59,870 bases of DNA, taken from assembly GCA_040397305.1 (NCBI GenBank), contig JBBAWG010000004.1:1-59870 (forward strand), in the 5' to 3' direction. Below the pieces are notes generated by a model that saw nothing but the letters and a program-made list of their open reading frames with translations, was not told where the DNA came from and searched no databases. This document shows, piece by piece, positions 37,383 to 47,900 of the stretch (position 1 is its first letter; every line of letters begins with the position of its first letter). Position numbers and translations under genes: made by a program. This DNA comes from Candidatus Methylacidiphilales bacterium (lineage in GTDB: Bacteria > Verrucomicrobiota > Verrucomicrobiia > Methylacidiphilales > Verrucolacustridaceae).

Positions 37383-38780
37383 TCAGGAATTTTTGATGCG
37401 GGGGTCGCCGTCCGGAGAGTTTTTATGATGGAGTTGGACCCTGCGGACATGGTGCATGGCCAGGGCGCCACCGAGCGCGAAGAGAATCATCACGGGGTAC
37501 CAGGCTGACCAACCGAACTTTTTGATCAGGATTCCGGTGGTGAAAAGACAGACGGCCGAGCCGTAGTACTGGAAGGAGTCGATCACTCCGGCGGCAAAGC
37601 CAGCCATTTTCTTGCCCCCGATGTCCATGGGGGCGGCGGCGCCAACCACGGAGTGGGTGGAGTTTACGGTAAGCGAGACGAGGACCAGAAAGATGCCTGC
37701 CAAGGTGACGCCGAGCAGGCCCGGCTTGATCAGTCCGGTAAACATCATGAGGGCGGCCAGGGCGATCACGCCCGCTTCCAAGAGGTAAAGGAAGCGCGCC
37801 ACGGGCGAACGGTGACCGGCAAAAAACTTGTCCGAGACCCAGCCGGAAAGAATGGAGCCGAGGATCGCGGTGGTGGTCATCAGGTTAAGGATGACCAACA
37901 CGGCCAGCGGCTTGGCCTTCATGTCGATGCCGAGTTGCTGCGTGAAAAAGAGGACGGAGAGTTGGTCCGAGCTGTGGCGAACGGCCCCCGTGCAAGCGTA
38001 GGCGGCGGCATAAAACCAAACCAGGGGATGCGTGAAGATGGTGGTGAAGCTTTCCTTGAGGGAAACCCGGGTGCCGGCGGAGTCGTCCAGTTCGTCGTGG
38101 ATGACATTGGGAAAACCGGCGGTCGCAGGTTCCTCCTTCACGGCCAGAGCCATCCAAACGGCCGCGGCGGCGGTGACGAACGGGGGGATGATGAAGAGAA
38201 CCCGCCAGGTTCCTGGCTCCACCACCCAGGTGCCCACAAACCAAAGACCCACGGTGAATCCGGCCAGGAGAAATGGGGCCAGCGTGTTAATGGCATACTG
38301 CCCCAACTGAATCATAATGCCGAAGATGCCGGAAAAAGTGCCGCGTTCATGGCGGGCGAACCAAGCGGCATTGATCTTGATCATTCCCGGGGCTCCGCAG
38401 GACTGGAACCAACCATTCAGAATGGCGATCAGGCCGAACGTGGCCAGCGTGCCGACGAAGGAGGAGAAGCCGAAGATGAAGTTGCAAAGGATGGTGCCGG
38501 CTGCCCCGATCAGCATGGAGGTTTTGCCCCCGATCCGATCGGCGAGCAGGCCGTTGACCAACTGGCCGGTGCCGTAGGCCAAGGACCAGACCACAAAGAT
38601 CTGGGTGATGCCGGCTACATCGAATCCGAATTCTTCGACCATCCCAGGAGTGGCGAAACGAAAATTGTAGCGAGCCATGTAGTAGGAGGCGTAGAGAACC
38701 CCCAGAGCGCCCCAGTTGAGTCCGCGCCGGGCACGAAAACCCTGCGGGTAGTGCGAGCGGGGGGTAAGGCCAGTAGACAC
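37383..38780 (-). CDS. MFS transporter, organophosphate:Pi antiporter (GlpT/UhpC-like)
   Basis: Y..YY..R.NF, G.LADR.G, NGWFQ, WF...ERGT, G..SDK. Confidence 0.85.
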   Translation of the reverse strand: MSTGLTPRSHYPQGFRARRGLNWGALGVLYASYYMARYNFRFATPGMVEEFGFDVAGITQIFVVWSLAYGTGQLVNGLLADRIGGKTSMLIGAAGTILCNFIFGFSSFVGTLATFGLIAILNGWFQSCGAPGMIKINAAWFARHERGTFSGIFGIMIQLGQYAINTLAPFLLAGFTVGLWFVGTWVVEPGTWRVLFIIPPFVTAAAAVWMALAVKEEPATAGFPNVIHDELDDSAGTRVSLKESFTTIFTHPLVWFYAAAYACTGAVRHSSDQLSVLFFTQQLGIDMKAKPLAVLVILNLMTTTAILGSILSGWVSDKFFAGHRSPVARFLYLLEAGVIALAALMMFTGLIKPGLLGVTLAGIFLVLVSLTVNSTHSVVGAAAPMDIGGKKMAGFAAGVIDSFQYYGSAVCLFTTGILIKKFGWSAWYPVMILFALGGALAMHHVRRVQLHHKNSPDGDPRIKNS

Positions 38781-38862
38781 TTTCGATAGGATACCGACTT
38801 CAGGAGGGCTCAGGGAAGGAAAGAGGGTGGGGTCTGCGGATAATTTTTGATAAAATAGTCCG

Positions 38863-39504
38863 GTGAAGTTGAAGCAATACCGTCACGTGATCTGGGATTG
38901 GAACGGAACTCTTTTGGACGACGCCTGGCTTTGCCGGGAAATCATGAATCGTCAACTGAGTCGAAGGGGGCTTCCCATCCTTTCCGAGGAGCGCTACGAG
39001 GAGATTTTTGATTTTCCCGTGGAGAAGTACTACCGGGCGGTGGGGTTCGATTGGAGCCGTGAGAGTTTTCAGGATGCGGGGACTGAGTTCATTGTGGAGT
39101 ACGAAAAGCGCAAGAAGGAGTGCGCCCTGCAGCCCGGGGGAAAGGCCCTTCTCGCCAAGCTCGCCGCTGGCGGCTGGTCCCAAGCGGTTCTCTCTGCCTA
39201 CTCTCACCACACCCTGGAGGAATTTCTTGGGTATTTCGGGGTACGGCAACATTTTCGCAGCGTGGCCGGAGGCCGGGACCACTACGCCGCCGGCAAGGTC
39301 GGCCACGGTCTCAAGATGCTGGAGGAGCTACATGTTTCCCCCCGGGAAACCCTCCTGATCGGGGATACCACCCATGATGCGGAGGTGGCTCGGGCGATGG
39401 GGGTGGACTGTGTGTTGGTACCCTGTGGACACAACAGCCGGACCCGTTTGGAGGGGTGCGGGGTTGCGGTGGTGGAAAATTTGGATTCTTTGCGTTTGGA
39501 ATAG
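38863..39504 (+). CDS. HAD-family hydrolase
   Basis: WDWNGTL, LSA, IGDT.HD. Confidence 0.88.
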   Translation: MKLKQYRHVIWDWNGTLLDDAWLCREIMNRQLSRRGLPILSEERYEEIFDFPVEKYYRAVGFDWSRESFQDAGTEFIVEYEKRKKECALQPGGKALLAKLAAGGWSQAVLSAYSHHTLEEFLGYFGVRQHFRSVAGGRDHYAAGKVGHGLKMLEELHVSPRETLLIGDTTHDAEVARAMGVDCVLVPCGHNSRTRLEGCGVAVVENLDSLRLE

Positions 39505-39544
39505 GAATTTCGCAGGCGAAAGAAACCGCTAGAATGAATCTTCG

Positions 39545-40159
39545 ATGAAGGTGGCTCTTTTGGATTACGGAAGAGGAAATCTCCGCAGCGTGGAGCGCGC
39601 TTTGGTCAAGGCCGGGGCGGAGGTGATCCGCACGGAAAGTCCGGCGGATCTGTCCCAAGCCGATGCCTTGGTGGTTCCGGGGCAGGGTTCTTTCGGGGAC
39701 GCCATCCAGGGCTTACAAGAGAGGAAATTGTGGGACCCGCTCCGGGATTGGGTCCGCGGCGGAAAACCTTATTTGGGAATTTGTCTAGGGTTTCAGATTC
39801 TTTGGGAGGGGAGCGAGGAGGCTCCCGGGGTGGAAGGGCTGAAGGTCATTTCCGGAACGGTGCGCAAATTCAGTGCGCCGGAATTAAAGGTTCCTCTCAT
39901 TGGCTGGTGTGAGGTGAAGCCAGCCTCGAAGGCCCGGGAGCTATTTGCCGGGGGCGACCTTTACTTCTATCACGTGCACTCCTACCGACCGGAGAGTGCC
40001 CCCGCTGAATGGCTGGCCTGCGAGACGGAGTACGGGGGCCACTTTCCCAGCGGGGTATGGAAAGGAAGAGTAGCGGCCTTCCAGTTCCACCCGGAAAAAA
40101 GCCAAGACAGCGGGATCCTTCTACTGGAGAAGGTTTTACGAAAAATCACCCAAGCATAA
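39545..40159 (+). CDS. hisH: Imidazole glycerol phosphate synthase glutaminase subunit
   Basis: DYG.GN..SV, PG.GSF, GICLG.Q, YHVHSY, QFHPEKS. Confidence 0.92.
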   Translation: MKVALLDYGRGNLRSVERALVKAGAEVIRTESPADLSQADALVVPGQGSFGDAIQGLQERKLWDPLRDWVRGGKPYLGICLGFQILWEGSEEAPGVEGLKVISGTVRKFSAPELKVPLIGWCEVKPASKARELFAGGDLYFYHVHSYRPESAPAEWLACETEYGGHFPSGVWKGRVAAFQFHPEKSQDSGILLLEKVLRKITQA

Positions 40160-40194
40160 CTTGCATCTACCAGCCCTTCTTTTAAGAAATCTTC

Positions 40195-40341
40195 ATGATC
40201 AAAAAACTACTCGGCCTCGCTGTGTTGGGATGCGTGATGGGTCTTTCCACCGTTGCTCGCGCGGGTGACTCCTGCGGGGGTTGTCCGTCCGACGAGAAGA
40301 AGGAAAAGGACTCCAAAGAAAGCACGTCCGACAAGCAGTAA
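40195..40341 (+). CDS. Small secreted CxxC peptide (48 aa), not in ORF track
   Basis: MIKKLLGLAVLGCVMGLSTVARA-GDSCGGCPSDEKKEKDSKESTSDKQ; followed by a terminator. Confidence 0.7.
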   Translation: MIKKLLGLAVLGCVMGLSTVARAGDSCGGCPSDEKKEKDSKESTSDKQ

Positions 40342-40355
40342 GGTTGGCGGAAACA

Positions 40356-40389
40356 AAAACCCCGGTCCCCAACAAGGGGCCGGGGTTTT
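40356..40389. terminator. Bidirectional intrinsic terminator
   Basis: aaaaccccggtcccc-aacaa-ggggccggggtttt between convergent genes. Confidence 0.8.
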
Positions 40390-40427
40390 CCTTGGCAAGA
40401 GTTGTCGTGGACCTCAGCCGACCCCGC

Positions 40428-41654
40428 CTAACCGTCTTCTGCCATAGACTGGCCGGCAATCCAGGCGGTGGTCCAGGCGGCCTGAAAGTTGAATCCCCCG
40501 GTAACCCCGTCGATGTCCAGCGTCTCCCCCGCGAAATACAGGCCGGGAACTTTCCTGCTTTCCATGGTTTTCAACTCCACCTCTTCCAAGGGAATCCCTC
40601 CGCAGGTCACAAACTCCTCCTTGTTCATGCTTTTGCCTACGACCTCGAGCCTGGTTTGATGGAGTGCCCTGAGGAGGAGATTTTCCTTCTCTCGCGAACA
40701 TTTGGACCAGCGCTCGTCCGGGGTGATGCCGGCTAATCCGCATAGTTGCTCCCAAAGGCGGGAGGGCAGGGGAGGCCAACCCGAACGGAATAGGGTCTTC
40801 GCCCCTTGCTGTTTTCGCCGGCTTTGAATTTCCTGCCGGCTCTTGTCCATGGATTGCCCAGGAATCCAATCCAGAGAAAGCGGGAAACGATAACTTTTTT
40901 CGTGCATGGCCCGGGCTCCCCAAGCCGACAGACGTAAAACTGCCGGGCCACTCAGCCCTTCATGGGTCAAAAGAACCGGTCCCCTCTCTTTGAGATGAAG
41001 ATCCGGCACCGCAATCTTGACGTCTTGGATCGAAAGGCCTGCCAGGGAACGGATCCAATCTTCGGCCAGATGAAAGGTGAAAAGGGAAGGTACCGGGGGA
41101 TTCAGCCGGTGTCCCAAAGGGGTGAGTGGGTGCGGACCTTGTCGGCATCCTCCGGCGGCCCACAGCAGGCGTTGGCATTCCATGGAGGTCCCGTGAGATC
41201 TTTGCAGATGGAAACTCCCGTCAGGTTTCGTAGCTACGGATTGTATTTCAGACTGGGTGACGACGTTGACCCCGGCCTTCCGGGCGGCCTGGGTCAGGCA
41301 TTCGATGATGGATTGCGAGGAGTCGGTCACGGGAAACATTCGGCCGTCCGGCTCGGTTTTGAGCTTCACCCCGCGGGAGGCAAACCAGGCGATGGTTTCC
41401 TCCGGTCCGAAACGGGTCAGAGGTCCGATGAGGGCTTTCCCCCCTCGGGGATATCGGAGGGAAAGCTCCCGGGGATCGTAGCAGGCATGCGTGACATTGC
41501 AGCGGCCGCCTCCGGAAATGCGCACCTTGGACAAAAGGTGGACTCCTTTTTCCAGAAGAACGACCGAGGCCTTGGGGTTCTTTTCCGCCGCCGCGATGGC
41601 TCCGAAAAATCCGGCGGCACCTCCTCCGGCCACCACGATGCGGAGAGGTTTCAA
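40428..41654 (-). CDS. HI0933/YhiN/BaiN-family flavoprotein
   Basis: GGGAAG, KVRISGGGRCNVT, GRMFP, GLSGP, TGGFNFQAA. Confidence 0.9.
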   Translation of the reverse strand: MKPLRIVVAGGGAAGFFGAIAAAEKNPKASVVLLEKGVHLLSKVRISGGGRCNVTHACYDPRELSLRYPRGGKALIGPLTRFGPEETIAWFASRGVKLKTEPDGRMFPVTDSSQSIIECLTQAARKAGVNVVTQSEIQSVATKPDGSFHLQRSHGTSMECQRLLWAAGGCRQGPHPLTPLGHRLNPPVPSLFTFHLAEDWIRSLAGLSIQDVKIAVPDLHLKERGPVLLTHEGLSGPAVLRLSAWGARAMHEKSYRFPLSLDWIPGQSMDKSRQEIQSRRKQQGAKTLFRSGWPPLPSRLWEQLCGLAGITPDERWSKCSREKENLLLRALHQTRLEVVGKSMNKEEFVTCGGIPLEEVELKTMESRKVPGLYFAGETLDIDGVTGGFNFQAAWTTAWIAGQSMAEDG

Positions 41655-42082
41655 AATTCGTCCAGTGCCTGGGCCACGCTTTGGGGCAAGGCATGGGGTC
41701 CATCCCCTCCGAGTTCACGATCCATCTTTTCCAGACGATGGATCAGCGGCAACACCTCATGGCGCTCGATCGGTCCGCCCGCGTTTTGGCAGAAATGGGT
41801 CCGGCAGCCGAATGGTCGCGCTTCATAGATCAGACACTTTCCCGTGTCGGCCTGGAGCATGGGGCAGGCTCCGTCCGGGCGTTGAGGCAGGGTTTTTCGC
41901 CCGGTGGCCCGAAATGCCTGGGCGGCGAGGAGGGCTTCCCCGCGGGTCAGCTGGGGAATTTTTCCGGTGAGCTGAAACTGGCAGCATTCCGTCCGGCGCA
42001 GGCAGTTTCTTTGAACAGGACGCTGAGCAAGCTCCGCATAAACGGAACGCACTTCCGCGAGAAATGTCGCGTGGCGTTTCAT
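41651..42082 (-). CDS. YkgJ-family cysteine-cluster protein
   Basis: C....ECC ... ACPML...CLIYEARPFGCR..C. Confidence 0.85.
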   Translation of the reverse strand: MKRHATFLAEVRSVYAELAQRPVQRNCLRRTECCQFQLTGKIPQLTRGEALLAAQAFRATGRKTLPQRPDGACPMLQADTGKCLIYEARPFGCRTHFCQNAGGPIERHEVLPLIHRLEKMDRELGGDGPHALPQSVAQALDEF

Positions 42083-42129
42083 GAAGAACTCGCCGAGGCC
42101 AGCCCTCCGGGAGGAGGGGGAGCGGGGGG

Positions 42130-42759
42130 TTAGGATTTGGGCCGACCCAGCTTAGCCTTGATGGTGATTGGCTCTTTGGGGTTGTCGCGGGGATCGCGCG
42201 GTTTGGCGACGATTTTGTCGGCGACTTCCATTCCCTCGATGACTTCACCAAACACGGTGTACTGGCCGTCGAGGAAGGTGGTGTCCACCACGCAGATGTA
42301 GAACTGGGAGCCGCTGGATTCGCGCTTGGGGTTGACCTGGTCGCCCTGACGGGCGGCGGCGACCGAACCCCGTTTGTGCTTTTTCCCGATTTCCGCCGGG
42401 ATGGTGTAACCGGGTCCGCCGGTGCCGTGCTCCGAGCGCTTGGCCTGATCCTTGCTGAGAGGATCGCCCCCTTGGATCATGAAGCCGGGAATGATGCGGT
42501 GGAAGGTGGTGTCGTCGTAGAAGCCGTCTTTCACGAGCTTTTTGAAGTTCTCCGCATGTTTCGGCGCGGCCACGGCGTCGAGTTTGATCACGATGACGCC
42601 CTCCGGGGTGGTGAGGGTGATGATTTCTTCTTCCACAATCACGGGTTTGTCTTTCATGTCGGCGGTGTCCTTGGGTTGGTTGGTTTCTTTTTCCTCCGCG
42701 GAGGCGGTGAAAAGGGCGAAGCTGAAGACAGGCAGGAGAAAAAAGAGTTTTTTAAGCAT
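42130..42759 (-). CDS. Secreted cyclophilin-type peptidyl-prolyl isomerase
   Basis: FHRII.GFMIQGGDP, GGPGY, SGSQFYI, LDGQYTVFG; signal peptide. Confidence 0.92.
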   Translation of the reverse strand: MLKKLFFLLPVFSFALFTASAEEKETNQPKDTADMKDKPVIVEEEIITLTTPEGVIVIKLDAVAAPKHAENFKKLVKDGFYDDTTFHRIIPGFMIQGGDPLSKDQAKRSEHGTGGPGYTIPAEIGKKHKRGSVAAARQGDQVNPKRESSGSQFYICVVDTTFLDGQYTVFGEVIEGMEVADKIVAKPRDPRDNPKEPITIKAKLGRPKS

Positions 42760-43651
42760 GTCGAACAATGGTCCAAGTTGCTCCTCCGGCCAACACTGAA
42801 TTTCCCGGATCGGCATAGGCGCGTTGGATCATGGCGAGGGCTACGCCTTCCGCAGGGGCGAGACTGGTGAGGGAGCCGATGGCTTTATCGTGAGGGTCAG
42901 TACACGGCAACGGTGGCCCTCCTTCGCTCCAAATCCCCTCCGCCGGTGCGTCCGGGGGGAGCTTCGGAGGGTTGGCCGTGGCCAAAATGCACAGGTGGCG
43001 GTTAACGTGGCCGACGCTACGGAGCCGGGAGATCACTTCCTGGCCGATATAGCAGCCCTTGGTGGAGCTGATGGCGTCGGATTCAAAGCCTGCCTCCGGC
43101 GGGAGGGTGTTGGCGTCGATATCGATTCCCCAGAGGGGGAGGCCACGGGCAATCCGCAGAGGTTCCCAATCGGACAGGGGCGAGGCCGGGGGGCCCCACG
43201 CGGAGGAGGGTGGAATCCAGAGGTCGAGCCCAGGTTCTCGGAAGCGGGCAGTTGAAAAGGAGAGGCATTCTTTGGGCGCATCGGGAGGGGGAGCGGCGAT
43301 AGCTGATAAATGGGCGAGATGGAAAGAGTCGGAGACGTCCTCCACGGTGACATCGTCGGCGACGATAAACTTTTCCAGGCGGGTGCGGAGGGATTCGCGG
43401 AGCGGGGCATCGGTTTCGATCCAGAGGGCATCGGCGGTGGCCCCGATCCGGCAGTCGGCTTCGAGCCTGCCCTTGGCCGTGATGACGGCGGCCCGGACCG
43501 CTTGGCCGGGCTGGAGTTTTTTCAGGTCCTGGGTGACCTGCCCGTTGAGGAAACGAATTCGGTCCTCTCCGGTGAGTTTGAGCAGGGTGCGGGGCCCGGG
43601 CATCCACGAGCCGGCGGGTGCTTTGATCTTTTGAAGAGGGTCTGGGTTCAT
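42752..43651 (-). CDS. ygfZ: YgfZ-family folate-binding Fe-S repair protein
   Basis: GED..RFLNGQVT.D, KGCYIGQE. Confidence 0.9.
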   Translation of the reverse strand: MNPDPLQKIKAPAGSWMPGPRTLLKLTGEDRIRFLNGQVTQDLKKLQPGQAVRAAVITAKGRLEADCRIGATADALWIETDAPLRESLRTRLEKFIVADDVTVEDVSDSFHLAHLSAIAAPPPDAPKECLSFSTARFREPGLDLWIPPSSAWGPPASPLSDWEPLRIARGLPLWGIDIDANTLPPEAGFESDAISSTKGCYIGQEVISRLRSVGHVNRHLCILATANPPKLPPDAPAEGIWSEGGPPLPCTDPHDKAIGSLTSLAPAEGVALAMIQRAYADPGNSVLAGGATWTIVRHA

Positions 43652-43663
43652 CAGAATCGGGGG

Positions 43664-44134
43664 GTGATCGATGAACATTTCATGGATGAGGCGCTTCGCC
43701 AAGCCCGCAAGGCGGCGACCAAGGGGGAGGTGCCGGTCGGGGCGGTGTTGGTGATGGGGGACCGGATCGTGGCCAAGGCTTACAATCAGGTGGAGGAGTT
43801 GAAAGATGCCACTGCCCATGCGGAGGTCCTGGTGGTGACGGCGGCGGCCGGGGAGTTGGGGGACTGGCGTCTGAACGAAGCGACCGTGTACGTGACCAAG
43901 GAGCCTTGTCCGATGTGTGCTGGGGCGATGGCGTTGTCGCGGGTGAAGAGGGTGGTCTATGGCGCGGCCGATCCCAAAATGGGTGCGGCGGGTGGGGCGC
44001 TGAACCTGTTGCAATTTGAGGGCATGAACCACCGGTGCGAAGTGCGGGGCGGGGTTCGGGCGGAGGAGTGCCGGGAGCTGTTGCGGGAATTTTTTCAAAA
44101 ACAGAGGGCGGGAAACGGTGCCGGAGGAAAGTAA
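43664..44134 (+). CDS. tadA: tRNA adenosine(34) deaminase
   Basis: EVPVGAV, AHAE, EPCPMC, D.K.GA.G. Confidence 0.92.
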   Translation: MIDEHFMDEALRQARKAATKGEVPVGAVLVMGDRIVAKAYNQVEELKDATAHAEVLVVTAAAGELGDWRLNEATVYVTKEPCPMCAGAMALSRVKRVVYGAADPKMGAAGGALNLLQFEGMNHRCEVRGGVRAEECRELLREFFQKQRAGNGAGGK

Positions 44135-44858
44135 GCCGATCGTTCGTTGGCCGCTGGGGCCCGGGGTGGAAATCGTGAAACAGGGGCCAGGCGGTATCTA
44201 TGCCCTGAACAAACCCAGCGGAATCCGCTCCCAGCCCAAGGAGGGGGGGAAGGATCCGCAGGCGCTGCTCACTTGCAGTTACTCCCTGAAGGATGAGGCC
44301 TATCACATCCCGCCGGACAAGGGTGGAGGCAAGGTTTGGTTGCTCCATCGGCTGGATGCAGGAACTTCGGGGGTGATTCTGGTGGCGGATCAGGAGGCAA
44401 CGGCGGAGGAGGTGAAGAAGGCGTTTGCGGAACATCGGGTAAAAAAAACTTATGTGGCTTTGGTGTTTGGGTGGCCGAAAGAAAACGAGGCGATCTGGCG
44501 GGATCGGATCGAGGTCACCAAGGAAGGAGGGAAGGCCAGGGGAAGGGCCGGAAGCGGGGTTTGGGCAGAGGCCAAGATGAAGGTGCGGAAAAAGTTTCAG
44601 GCCAAGGGCGGTGCCATGGCCTTGTTGGAGCTAAGGCCGGGCACGGGTCGCACCCACCAGTTGAGAATTCAGTGTGCCAACCGGGGGATTCCGATTGTTG
44701 GGGACAGAACCTACGGCGACTTTACCAAAAATCGCAACTCCAAGGCTGAATCCCTCTTCCTACACTCTGAGGCCATTGAGCTTCCCTTGGGGGCGGGGAG
44801 TTTTAAGTCGTATGTTGCTGAACCTAAATACTTTAAATTATTCTATCAGAATTACTAG
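44118..44858 (+). CDS. RluA-family pseudouridine synthase
   Basis: NKPSG, HRLDAGTSG, GRTHQLR, GD.TYG. Confidence 0.9.
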   Translation: MPEESKPIVRWPLGPGVEIVKQGPGGIYALNKPSGIRSQPKEGGKDPQALLTCSYSLKDEAYHIPPDKGGGKVWLLHRLDAGTSGVILVADQEATAEEVKKAFAEHRVKKTYVALVFGWPKENEAIWRDRIEVTKEGGKARGRAGSGVWAEAKMKVRKKFQAKGGAMALLELRPGTGRTHQLRIQCANRGIPIVGDRTYGDFTKNRNSKAESLFLHSEAIELPLGAGSFKSYVAEPKYFKLFYQNY

Positions 44859-44906
44859 ATCCAGAATCAATCTAGAATTTTAAGATTCTGATGCTACGAT
44901 ACTTAT

Positions 44907-47900
44907 ATGAACGTCTGCCGTTCAGTTGTGCCCATATTCCTTCTTGGCCTTTTAGGGGCATCGGTGGCATTGGGTCAGATTTCTGAAACCAATGGGGTAG
45001 TACGGATCGAAGCGGAAGCGTCTGCCTCCAACCTTCCCCGAACCTTGGGCGGGGTGCTTTACACCTGGACCACAGATAGTGCGACGCCGGGATTTTCCGG
45101 CACCGGTTACATTGAAGCTTACCCCGCCAATGGCACATCGACGAATACGGTCACCAGTTCATGGGAAACCACCAGCCCGCAGATCAATTACAGCATCACC
45201 TTCAGCAACGCCGGAACCTACTACGTCTGGGTCCGGGGTTTTGCGGGTGATGCGACCTCCGCCGGAGTTTATGTCGGCTTGAATGGCACCAGTCTGGCGA
45301 ACGCCCGCATCGATATTCAGCAATTCAATGCCTGGGCTTGGGCCAACACGGCTGCTGGTTCGGGCTCAGCGGTCACCCTCAACATCCCTTCTGCCGGAAC
45401 CTACACTCTCAACCTTTGGATGCGCGATGCATGGCTCGACATCGATCGCATTCTGCTGACTCGCAACCAGAACTTTTCCCCGGCCGCCTCCACGGATTTC
45501 TGGCGAAGCCAGAACATCTACCAGATCATTACGGATCGTTTCTACAATGGGGACACCGGCAACGATGTGGCTGGGTTGCCCAACTTTAATGCCTCCAACG
45601 GGGGGCAGGCCCATGGTGGGGACTTCAAGGGCATTGAGCGGAAGTTGGATTACATCCAGGCCTTGGGCGCCACGGCCATCTGGATTTCCCCGGTCCTGAA
45701 AAACGCCAATGGGGACTATCACGGCTATGCCGCCACGGATTTTTACGCGGTGAATCCCCGGATGGGGACTTTGGCGGAGTTGCAGAGCCTGACCCGTGAG
45801 GCGCAAAAGCGGGGAATTCTGGTGATTTGTGACGTGGTCGTGAACCACGGGAGCACCTGGGTGGACAGCGGCGACACCGGTTGGCCTAACTTTTCCCTAA
45901 CCGGCTATAACCTCCGTTACAATTCCGGCGGACAGCAATACGCCGCCCCTTTTGATAACGCCACGTTGCAGGCCCAATTTGGGGGCACCAACCTCAATAA
46001 TATTTTCCATAACAACGGGACCACGCAGAACTGGAGTGACGCCACCCAGGTCGAGCTGGGTGAACTCCTTTCGTTGGATGATTTCAAAACCGAAACGTCC
46101 TTCATCCGGCAAAAAATGAGGGAAATTTGGGCCTACTGGATCAACACCGTGGGATTTGACGCCTATCGGCTCGACACCGTGAAGCATGTCGAAATGGGGT
46201 TCTGGGATGATTGGTCTCCGGCGATGCGGACCGTGGCCCAAGCCGCGGACAAACCCAACTTTTTCCAGTTCGGTGAGGTCTTCGACGGATCCGACAGTAA
46301 ATGCGGCTCTTACACAGGCAGCAAGACCGGTGGGAACTATAAAATGGAAAGCGTGCTCGATTACCCGCTCTATTATCAGGTCGGCAGTGTGTTCGCGACG
46401 GCCACGGGCGCGACCGGCGCCATCGAGGGCCGGTACAACAACCTCACCACGGCCAATTACGATGCCAGTTCTTTGGATTCGCTGGTTCTCAACTTGGACA
46501 ACCATGACAACCCGCGCTTTCTCGCCGCCACCGGGAGCACCACGGCCCGGCTCGAGATGGCACTGGTGTTTATGTACACCACCCGGGGCATTCCCTCCCT
46601 TTATTACGGCACCGAGCAGGATTTCAACGGCGGGGCGGACCCGAACAACCGTGAGGACATGTTCGATGGGCTCTTCGAGCAGGGACCATCGCTCGGCGAC
46701 AACTTCAACATGACTCATCCGCGTTTCAAGCTGGTGGCGAAGTTGAACAATTTGCGACGACTTTATCCGGCGCTGCGCACGGGGACCCAACAATTCCTCT
46801 GGGTCAACTGGTCGGCCCCGGGTTTGTTGGCCTACGCACGCCGTCTTGGCAGTGAGGAGGTATTTGTGGTGATGAACACGGCCACTACGGCTCAAACGAT
46901 CGGGGCCCGTCCCACCATCCATCCGGCCGGCACGGTTCTGGTGAATCTCTTCAACCCGGCGGAAACAGTCACGGTCGTCGCCGGAACAGACGGGATTCCT
47001 GCGATGTCCATTCCGGCCACTTCCTACAAGGCCTTCGTCTCGCAAACTCAGCTCCGAAATCTCCAGCCGGTGGTTGGCTCTGTGACGCCCAACCATGACT
47101 CCACGGGTGTGTCCGTCGCTTCCACCCTTTCGCTGACCTTCAGCCAGGCCATGAACACCAACAGCGTCCAGTCCGCCTTCTCCACCATCCCGGCCACCTC
47201 CGGGAATTTTTCCTGGGCCTCCGGGAACACTGTGATGACCTACACGCCATCCTCCAACATGGCCGGCAACACGGTCTACACCGTACGGATCGAATCCACC
47301 GCCGTAGACGGCAACAACCTGGCCATGGTGGGCGGGTTTGAATCACGCTTCACCACCGGGGCCGCTTCCAGCCTGGCCCGGCCCTCCATCAACAGTTCCT
47401 CCTACGCCAATGTGGCGGAAACCACAGCCACGCTGAGTACCACGGTGACCGCAAACGGGGCATCGACCAGCGTCTCTTTCGAATACGGAACCAGCGCGTC
47501 TTTTGGGAGCACCACCACCAGCCAAAACATCGGGAGCGGAAGCTCGCCGATTTCGGTGAGTGCCAACCTGACCGGCTTGCAGGCCAACACCACCTACTTT
47601 TTCCGCTCGGTGGCCACGAATACGCAGGGCACCACCTACGGCAATACCCTGAGCTTCACCACAACCACGCCTCTGCCGACGGTGGCCACGATGCCCGCCA
47701 CCTTTGTCGGGGCCTACGGAGCCAACCTCAACGGTGATGTTACCCCAAACGGACTGGCCACTTCCGTGTATTTCGAATGGGGGGACCGTTCCGACATATT
47801 GAGCTATTCCAATTCCCCGCAGGTCATTGGTAGCGGCACCAATATTGTGGGGAACTTTGCCCGGGCCGACGGCTTGAATCCGGATTCCACTTACTTTTTC

